NCBI GenBank assembly: GCA_043797705.1
Contig: JAZDPJ010000002.1
Span: 20,833-84,832, forward strand
Reading direction: 5' to 3'
Source: an archaeon
GTDB taxonomy: Archaea > Nanobdellota > Nanobdellia > SCGC-AAA011-G17 > GW2011-AR17
Length of the DNA stretch: 64,000 nt
Shown here: piece after piece, positions 57,412 to 64,000 of the stretch
How positions within the stretch are numbered: position 1 is the stretch's first letter
Layout of the letters: every line of letters begins with the position of its first letter
Program-made: the position numbers and the translations under genes
Notes under the pieces: model-generated
The model's database searches: none
What the model saw: the letters and a program-made list of their open reading frames with translations, nothing else
What the model was told of the DNA's origin: nothing

Positions 57412-57558
57412 ATAGACTGCCCAGGATGCTGTGTCTGGTAGAAGCCCGAAAGCTACTGCTTTCCATGGTTTTTTTATCCAGTGAAAAAGTATATAGCTTC
57501 AGATTCCGTGTGAAAAATAGTCCATATCCTATCAGGAGGTCTTTTTTTGTATAAATAC

Positions 57559-58020
57559 TTAGTGGATTGTGTCTGCTACTGCTGCGCTCATTGATGCTGG
57601 GAATGTTACTAGTGCTACTCTTTTTAATGCGAGCAGGCTGTCTGTTGCCCATGGTGTTTTTTGTATGAGTGTCAAAATAATCGCTACTACTATGAATGAC
57701 AGCACATAGGTTAGTGCTGTTCTTTTGAAGTATCCTTCCCATGTTTCTTTGATTTTTTCTTTGTGGTAGTTGTAATATACGAATATTGATATGAATAAGA
57801 TGGATAATGCTACGAATCCGAGGACATTTGCGAGGGGTAGTGTTTCTGCTAGCTTCCAGGACTCTTCTGTGAACCCAACAGGTATTGCTAGTATTGATGC
57901 TCCGATTATTACTTGTAAGACATCTTTGAGGTGGAACTCTGTCCTGAGCGGGGACAATAGTTTTACCAGTGCTTTGCCGGTTTGGTCTACTATGATTACC
58001 TCTCTATGTTTTTTCAGCAT
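57559..58020 (-). CDS. Hypothetical membrane protein (4 TM)
   Basis: 153-aa hydrophobic ORF. Confidence 0.35.
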   Translation of the reverse strand: MLKKHREVIIVDQTGKALVKLLSPLRTEFHLKDVLQVIIGASILAIPVGFTEESWKLAETLPLANVLGFVALSILFISIFVYYNYHKEKIKETWEGYFKRTALTYVLSFIVVAIILTLIQKTPWATDSLLALKRVALVTFPASMSAAVADTIH

Positions 58021-58071
58021 GCTATTATTATAGTGTTTGTTATTTTTATTCTTTTGGTTTTAGAAGTTTAG

Positions 58072-58146
58072 CGGACCTGATGGGATTTGAACCCACGACC
58101 TACTGCTTAGGAGGCAGTCGCGCTATCCAGTCTGCGCTACAGGTCC
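58072..58146 (-). tRNA. tRNA-Arg (anticodon CCU)
   Basis: 75-nt cloverleaf: GGACCTG acceptor, D-arm GCGC-AGACTGGATA-GCGC, anticodon arm ACTGC-CTCCTAA-GCAGT (CCU), T-arm GTGGG-TTCAAAT-CCCAT. Confidence 0.8.
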
Positions 58147-58184
58147 ATTAGCTAATCTAATTCAGGAATTCTTTATAAAATTAC

Positions 58185-58946
58185 TTATTTTATCTCGTAT
58201 ACTACTGTTACTGTTGCTGTTATGTCTAGTGTTTGTGGTTCTATGTTTGTTGTTGCTACTTTTGCTTCTGCTACATCTTCCATGACTGCTAGCCCTATTC
58301 CTCTGTATATTGGGTAGGGTGTCCAGCCGAAGTCTGATGATGATACGCTGACTAGGTCTCCTAGTTCTTTTCCTAGTCCGGAGGTTATTGATTCTGCTTT
58401 CATTTTTGCGTCTTGTGATGCTTGTGCTAGTACCATTGCTTTGTATTCGTTTTCTTGTTTGTTTGATAGTTCAAAGTTAATAGAACTAATCAATGCTCCT
58501 TCGTCTGCTCCTGCGTCTATTATTTTTCCTATGATTTCAAAGTTTTCTGTGCTTACTTTGATGTTGTTGGATGCTACGAATCCTTTTGATGTTCTTTCTC
58601 CTTCTTTCCAGTCAAAGTCTTCGTAGATGTTGAAGTTTTGTGTTTCTATGTCTCCTTTTCCTATGCCTATTGTGTCTAGATTTTTAAGAACTGCATCCAT
58701 GATTTTTGTGTTCTCGTTTTTTGCTTGGTCTGCTGAGTCTGCTTTGGTTTCTACATTGAGGTATACTACTGCTTCATCAGGCATTACTGTCATTTCTGCG
58801 TCCCCTACTGATTGTATTGTCTCGCCAGTTAGGCTTCCTCCGAACATTGAGCTTAGAAGCCAGATTCCGGTTAAGATTCCTAGGACAATTATTGTTGATA
58901 CTATGATCGGTGTTGCGTTTAATTTTTTAATCATTATCTTATTCAA
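58185..58946 (-). CDS. SIMPL/DUF541-family secreted protein
   Basis: N-terminal TM/signal anchor. The size and overall sequence pattern resemble the 26-kDa periplasmic immunogenic-protein family. Confidence 0.55.
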   Translation of the reverse strand: MNKIMIKKLNATPIIVSTIIVLGILTGIWLLSSMFGGSLTGETIQSVGDAEMTVMPDEAVVYLNVETKADSADQAKNENTKIMDAVLKNLDTIGIGKGDIETQNFNIYEDFDWKEGERTSKGFVASNNIKVSTENFEIIGKIIDAGADEGALISSINFELSNKQENEYKAMVLAQASQDAKMKAESITSGLGKELGDLVSVSSSDFGWTPYPIYRGIGLAVMEDVAEAKVATTNIEPQTLDITATVTVVYEIK

Positions 58947-59015
58947 TTGCTTTAGTGATATTTAAATATTTCCAACTGAAAAACTATTTAAGTGAACCAT
59001 TCCTTTATGTAGTGT

Positions 59016-61574
59016 ATGCACAGTTATAGTGTAAAAGAGGTTATGAAGAATCTGAAGACTTCTGAGAAGGGTCTTAAGTCTAGTGAGATTGCTAATCGTT
59101 TCAAGAAGTATGGTCGGAATGAGATTAAGAAGAAGGATAGTATTAATGCTTTTAGGATTCTTCTTTCACAATTTACGGATCCTATTATTTATGTTTTGAT
59201 TGCTGCGGTTATTCTTTCTGCGGTTGTGCATGAGACCACTAATGCAATTGTTATTGGTGCTATCATTTTGCTTAACGCGGCTTTCGGGTTTGTGCAGGAG
59301 TACAAGGCAGAGAAAGCTATAGAGCTTTTGAAGAAGTTTGAGACAGTTAGGACGAGGGTTATTCGGAATGGTATGGAGCAGGAGGTTGATGCTGTTGAGC
59401 TTGTTCCTGGTGATATCATTGTTATTAATGCAGGTGATAAGATTCCTGCTGATGCTAGATTGATTTGGAATCTTAATCTTAAGACTAATGAGGCTGTTCT
59501 CACTGGTGAGTCTGAGCCTGTGAATAAGACAGTGAATGTTTTGCCTCCTAAGACTCCTTTGGCTGATAGAGTTAATATGGTTTTTGCTGGTACGATTGCT
59601 GTTGATGGCCGTGCTAAGGCTGTTGTTATTGCGACTAATGAGTATACTGAGATAGGTAAGATTGCTAAATTAGTAAAAGAGACTGTGGATGCTCCTACCC
59701 CTTTGCAAAATAGATTGAAAGAGCTTGGAAAGTGGATTACTATTTTCTCTATCGTGGCTGCGGCGATTATTATACCTGTTGGGTTATTTAGGAATCTTCT
59801 TTTTTATGATGTTTTCATGCAGACTATTAGTCTTGCTGTGTCTGCGATTCCTGTAGGTTTGCCTGCTGTTGTCACTATTTGTCTTGCTCTTGGTGTGAGG
59901 CGTATGATTAAGCGTAAGGCTATTATTAAGAGGTTGAAGTCTGTGGAGACTCTTGGTAGTGTTACTGTTATTTGTTCTGATAAGACGGGCACTATAACTA
60001 AGAATGAGATGACTGTTACTGACATTTTTGCTAATGATAAACTGATAAAGGTTACTGGTTCTGGTTATAAGACTAAAGGAGATTTTCTCGTTAATGGCCG
60101 AAAGGTAAGTGCAAAGAATATTGAGCTTCTTTTGCGTGCTTCTTCTTCTTGTAATAATGCTACTTTGAAGGTTGGTGATCCCACTGAGATTGCTTTGTTG
60201 GTTGCTGCTGAGAAGGCTGATGTGAAGCGAGATGAGAATCGTTTGGATGAGGTGCCCTTTAGTTCTGAGAAGAAGTATATGTTGACTAGGCATGTTGGTG
60301 TTATTTATGTTAAGGGTGCTTTGGAGAAGGTTCTCAGTATGTGTAATTTTATCATTATTGATGGTAAGAAGAGAAGATTGATTAAGAGGGATGTTGAGAA
60401 GATTATGAAGGTTAATGAGGATATGGCTGATAGGGCTTTGAGGGTTTTGGCTGTTGCTTCTGGTAAGTCTGAGAAGGATCTTGCGTTTCTTGGTTTGATT
60501 GGTATGATTGATCCTCCTAGATCAGAGGTTAAGGATGCAATTAAGCTTTGTAGGCTCGCTGGTATAAGGCCTATTATTATTACTGGAGATCAAAAATTAA
60601 CCGCCCTGGCAGTTGCAAAGGGTATTGGTATTGATAGTGGGGCTTTGGTTGGTGATGAGATTGATAAGTTGAGTGATGATAAGTTGAAGAAGGTTGTTAA
60701 GGAGGTTTCTATTTTTTGCAGGACTACTTCTGAGCATAAGGTCAGGATTTTGAACGCATTGCAGGAGAATGGTGAGGTTGTTGCTATGACTGGTGATGGT
60801 GTGAATGATGCTCCTGCTTTGAAGAAGGCTGATGTTGGTGTGGCTATGAATATCAAGGGTACTGATGTTAGTAAGGAGGTTGCTGATATTGTTCTTGTTG
60901 ATGATAATTTTGCTAGTATTGTTAGTGCTGTGAAAGAAGGCAGGGGTATTTATGATAATATTAAGAAGTTCATCAAGTTTCAGTTGTCTGCTAATTTTGA
61001 TGAGATTGCTTTGGTTTTGACTGCTATTTTTTTTGGTCTTCCTTTGCCTTTGTTGCCTATTCATATTTTGTGGATTAATTTTGTTACTGATAGTTTTCCT
61101 GCGTTGGCTTTGGGTGTTGATCCTCCTGAGAGGGATATCATGTCTCGAAAGCCTAGGCCTCCTAAAGAAGGTATTCTTAAGGGTGTTTGGGGTTTCTTGG
61201 TAATAGCAACTATCCTTGCTTTTGTAATCTCGATAGTTACTTTTTTGGTGGGTTTGAAGACTGGTAGTATTGAGCGTGCTAGGACTCTTACTCTTACTGC
61301 TGCTATTGTTGTTGAGATGTTTATTGCCTTTGCTGCTAGGACTGATAAGAGTGTGTTTAAGGTTAGTCCTTTTGAGAATAAGTGGTTGTTGGGAGCAGTG
61401 TTTTTGGCTCTTGCTTTGCATTTCACAGTGGTTTATTCGCCTTTGAACATACCGTTCGGGTTGGTGCCTTTGACTTTTCTAGAAGTGTTAGCAATCTTCG
61501 GAGCTTCTGCTTTGGTGTTCGTTATTTTTGAGTCTACAAAATTATTAAAAGAAATAAAAAAATCAAAGGTTTAG
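59016..61574 (+). CDS. P-type cation-transporting ATPase (Ca2+/Mg2+ type, P2)
   Basis: Phosphorylation site CSDKTGTIT, hinge MTGDGVNDAPALKKADVGVAM, and a 10-TM layout. Confidence 0.9.
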   Translation: MHSYSVKEVMKNLKTSEKGLKSSEIANRFKKYGRNEIKKKDSINAFRILLSQFTDPIIYVLIAAVILSAVVHETTNAIVIGAIILLNAAFGFVQEYKAEKAIELLKKFETVRTRVIRNGMEQEVDAVELVPGDIIVINAGDKIPADARLIWNLNLKTNEAVLTGESEPVNKTVNVLPPKTPLADRVNMVFAGTIAVDGRAKAVVIATNEYTEIGKIAKLVKETVDAPTPLQNRLKELGKWITIFSIVAAAIIIPVGLFRNLLFYDVFMQTISLAVSAIPVGLPAVVTICLALGVRRMIKRKAIIKRLKSVETLGSVTVICSDKTGTITKNEMTVTDIFANDKLIKVTGSGYKTKGDFLVNGRKVSAKNIELLLRASSSCNNATLKVGDPTEIALLVAAEKADVKRDENRLDEVPFSSEKKYMLTRHVGVIYVKGALEKVLSMCNFIIIDGKKRRLIKRDVEKIMKVNEDMADRALRVLAVASGKSEKDLAFLGLIGMIDPPRSEVKDAIKLCRLAGIRPIIITGDQKLTALAVAKGIGIDSGALVGDEIDKLSDDKLKKVVKEVSIFCRTTSEHKVRILNALQENGEVVAMTGDGVNDAPALKKADVGVAMNIKGTDVSKEVADIVLVDDNFASIVSAVKEGRGIYDNIKKFIKFQLSANFDEIALVLTAIFFGLPLPLLPIHILWINFVTDSFPALALGVDPPERDIMSRKPRPPKEGILKGVWGFLVIATILAFVISIVTFLVGLKTGSIERARTLTLTAAIVVEMFIAFAARTDKSVFKVSPFENKWLLGAVFLALALHFTVVYSPLNIPFGLVPLTFLEVLAIFGASALVFVIFESTKLLKEIKKSKV

Positions 61575-61799
61575 TGCTTTTTTTAGTTTTTCTTGATCGA
61601 ACCCGATTATGATTTCTTCGCCGACTTCTATTACTGGCACTCCCATCTGTCCTGATTTCTCTACCATTTCTTTTGCTTTTTCTTGGTCTTTGCTGACATC
61701 AATATGTTCGAATTTTATTTTGTGTTCTTTCAGGAAGTCTTCTGCCATCACGCAGTATGGGCATGAGGGTGTGCTGTATACGATTACTTTTTTTGCCAT
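61563..61799 (-). CDS. Glutaredoxin/NrdH-like redoxin
   Basis: KVIVYSTPSCPYCVMAEDFL carries the CPYC active site in a 78-aa protein. Confidence 0.75.
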   Translation of the reverse strand: MAKKVIVYSTPSCPYCVMAEDFLKEHKIKFEHIDVSKDQEKAKEMVEKSGQMGVPVIEVGEEIIIGFDQEKLKKALNL

Positions 61800-61894
61800 T
61801 TTAGGATTTCAGTAGCTTGTAGGTATAAATAGTTTGTGATGCTCGGGAATATTTTTGCGCAAGATATATAAACGCAGTATTATTACTAGGTTGC

Positions 61895-62521
61895 GTGGCA
61901 GATAATAAGATTAAGATTACGATAGAGAGCTACAACCAAACTGCTTCTGAATATGCGAATAAAACGGCAGATTTGCGTCCTGAGGGTCTTGAGAAATTTC
62001 TTGATTATCTTAAGCCGTGTTCTTATGTTCTTGATTTGGGCTGCGGGGCTGGTAGGGATGCGAGGAGGTTCCTTGATAAGGGGCATAGGGTTGTTGGCAT
62101 TGACTTGTCATCCGGCTTGCTGGGTATTGCGAGGAGAGATGTGCCTGAGGCTGAATTCAAATTAATGGATATAACCAATCTTGAGTTTGCGCCGGATACT
62201 TTTGATGGTATATGCGCTCTTGCTTCCATGGTGCATGTCCCGAAATCCTGTATGTTTTCTGCTTTGCGGGGATGCTATAGGATATTATCTGATAAGGGCA
62301 TTATGTATGTCTCTGTCAAGCGTGGAGACGGCGAAAGTATGACTCCTGATGCGAGGTATGGCGGTGTGCAGAAATTCTGGTCATTTTTTCAGCAGGATGA
62401 GATTGAGGGACTGCTGCATGCAACTGGTTTTGAGGTTGTGGACTCTATGTCTATAAAGAAGCATGATTCTTATGCAACTAATCCTTGGATCGATATTGTC
62501 TGCAGAAAGATTGGTATGTGA
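61895..62521 (+). CDS. Class I SAM-dependent methyltransferase
   Basis: Motif I VLDLGCGAGRD and motif post-I VVGIDLS. Confidence 0.7.
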   Translation: MADNKIKITIESYNQTASEYANKTADLRPEGLEKFLDYLKPCSYVLDLGCGAGRDARRFLDKGHRVVGIDLSSGLLGIARRDVPEAEFKLMDITNLEFAPDTFDGICALASMVHVPKSCMFSALRGCYRILSDKGIMYVSVKRGDGESMTPDARYGGVQKFWSFFQQDEIEGLLHATGFEVVDSMSIKKHDSYATNPWIDIVCRKIGM

Positions 62522-62559
62522 GAAAGATTTTTATAGTATCATATTTATGTTCTGGTTTT

Positions 62560-63258
62560 ATGTTCGATGAATCAATTGTTTGGGCAAAGTTCGCAGAAGA
62601 CTATGATACAAAGGTGTTCTCTTTGACAAGGTTTCCTGAGAGGAGAAAGCAGGTTCTTGATGAGGTTAAGGGAGAAAGGATACTTAATATGGGCACTGGT
62701 TCTGCTGCTTATTTGAATGAGGACTTGGTTGCTGCAGGCAAGCATGTCGTCGCGAGTGATTTTTGCAGGGAGATGCTTGATGTGGCAGAAAAGAATTTCG
62801 TGCATCCGAGCTTGGAGTATGTTCTGGCTGATTCAACCCATCTTCCTTTTGAGACTGGCAGTTTTGACAGTGTTGTTTCAGTGAATTCGATATTGCCTAT
62901 TGAGAGGAAAAATGTGGGCTTGATGTTCAAGGAGGCGTTCAGGGTTTTGAAGCCATTCGGTTTTTTTGTTGCGTTCTTGTGCTCTTATGACAGCGCTGAG
63001 AGGTATGCAAAGACTTTAGCAGGATATCTTAAGTTTGACAAGAAGCAGTTTAGGTTGAATGACACGTCTGGGTGGCAGTGTTTCCATAGTCCTATTAGCA
63101 TAGGAAATGAGATTGTTGATGCTGGTTTCAGGAGTTATTCGTATGAGAGAGTTGATCTTGATACTTCTGCGGAGATTATAGACTTGAAGAGGCTTTATGG
63201 TATTAACACAAGTGCTCTTCCGATTTATGAGTACTTGCTTACGGCGAGAAAGATCTAG
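62560..63258 (+). CDS. Second SAM-dependent methyltransferase (putative)
   Basis: ILNMGTGSAAY (motif I-like) ... VVASDF ... FRVLKPFGFFV. Start set at an internal Met of ORF 62485..63258. Confidence 0.5.
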   Translation: MFDESIVWAKFAEDYDTKVFSLTRFPERRKQVLDEVKGERILNMGTGSAAYLNEDLVAAGKHVVASDFCREMLDVAEKNFVHPSLEYVLADSTHLPFETGSFDSVVSVNSILPIERKNVGLMFKEAFRVLKPFGFFVAFLCSYDSAERYAKTLAGYLKFDKKQFRLNDTSGWQCFHSPISIGNEIVDAGFRSYSYERVDLDTSAEIIDLKRLYGINTSALPIYEYLLTARKI

Positions 63259-64000
63259 ATTCCCCAGACTGGGTTCTCTTTTCTTTTTAGTTCAGCGAAT
63301 TCTTTCAATAGCTCTATGTCTTCTTCTGTTAGGAATTTCTTACTTAATTTTAGAGCTTTGAAATCTCTTTCAGGCACATCAACAATCAAAACATCTTCTT
63401 CTTTGATTTGTCTTCCGGCTGTTATTCCTGGTAGTGAGATTGCTACTTGGTCTCCTCTTTTTGCTTCGTCTACTTCTTTTTGGTTGAGCTGCATTCCTTT
63501 GATGTATCCTGCGTTGGAGCCGTCCATTTTAATCAGTTCAACATCTTTTCTTAGCTTCCCACCCAGGATTTCTACTCCGACTACTGCGGGGTTGTTTTGT
63601 CTGAAGATGCATCCTTGTAGGATTCGTATTTTGGCTGGTTTTGTCAGTTTCTCTAGTTCTTCTTTTTCTTGTCTCTTTTTTTCTGCTTCTTTCCATGCTT
63701 TCAGGGTTTCTATTATTTTGTAGATGATTGGGCTTATTATAATCTTGACTTCGTCTGTTTCTATTTCTTTTATGTTGAATCCGAGTATTACTTTGTTTGG
63801 TTCTTCTGGGTCTGATGATGCGTCTGCTATGTCTTTTTTTGTTATTTCTCCTACTGATGCTTTTTTGACTTGTATCCCTTCTTGTCTTAGCATTCCGGAT
63901 AGCGCTTCTAGTGATCCTAGTGAGTCTGCTTTTATTACTACTCCTTCTTCATCGGTTTCTATGACTACTTCGTCCACTTCTTGTTGTACTTCTTCTTTTG
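63255..64000 (-). CDS. infB: Translation initiation factor aIF5B (IF2-like), C-terminal domains; gene continues beyond the window end
   Basis: VILGFNIKE...KPAKIRILQGCIFRQNNPAVVGVEILGGKLRKDVELIKMDG...GDQVAISLPG matches the domain IV beta-barrel of IF2/eIF5B. The ORF is open at position 64000. Confidence 0.65.
   Translation of the reverse strand, partial: KEEVQQEVDEVVIETDEEGVVIKADSLGSLEALSGMLRQEGIQVKKASVGEITKKDIADASSDPEEPNKVILGFNIKEIETDEVKIIISPIIYKIIETLKAWKEAEKKRQEKEELEKLTKPAKIRILQGCIFRQNNPAVVGVEILGGKLRKDVELIKMDGSNAGYIKGMQLNQKEVDEAKRGDQVAISLPGITAGRQIKEEDVLIVDVPERDFKALKLSKKFLTEEDIELLKEFAELKRKENPVWGI

Noticed and set aside
57038-57742. 234-aa minus-strand ORF overlapping two membrane-protein genes
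   Set aside because: The translation is Asn/Ser/Pro/Thr-rich low complexity with no motif. It is an alternative frame of the real hydrophobic ORFs 57058..57411 and 57559..58020.
1-64000. CRISPR arrays, rRNA genes, SRP RNA or RNase P RNA
   Set aside because: No regularly spaced direct repeats and no recognisable rRNA or structured-RNA signatures were found by eye. The only RNA genes I could support are the four tRNAs.

Overview
AT-rich archaeal contig. Gene content points to a small-genome, probably DPANN-like archaeon: form III RuBisCO plus e2b2, the L37ae-RpoP-prefoldin beta and L11-Spt5-SecE clusters, anaerobic RNR NrdD/NrdG, and four tRNAs, all on the minus strand. I called about 90 features from reading the six-frame translations. 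No similarity search was run, so every product name is motif-based inference.

Most notable observations:
1. An abrupt reversal of an extreme strand compositional asymmetry at about 21.3-21.7 kb. The top strand is A+C-rich before it and T+G-rich after it, regardless of gene orientation. The switch coincides with an IS630-family transposase remnant.
2. Directly to the right, a compositionally distinct ~4.8 kb island (22.3-27.25 kb) flanked by direct copies of the 5' end of a thermonuclease lipoprotein gene. It carries a small peptide ORF ending in Tyr, a radical SAM/SPASM enzyme, an APH-like kinase, an HExxH protein and an EEP phosphoesterase. I consider this a candidate peptide or small-molecule maturation system that has not been described.
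3. nrdD contains a LAGLIDADG intein, and its glycyl-radical tail sits in a +1 frame at a 'GTA TGA A' site. An nrdR gene lies immediately upstream.
4. An SPFH/band-7 protein is directly coupled to a 1098-aa protein with two AAA+ modules and a C-terminal Lon (S16) protease domain.
5. An ORF6N/PLD-like gene is inserted behind an AlkD-like gene with a duplicated 3' gene end. There is also a free-standing LAGLIDADG endonuclease of foreign composition.
6. Several possible frameshift or non-canonical-start artefacts: the LmbE N-terminus, the transglutaminase start, and the nrdD tail.
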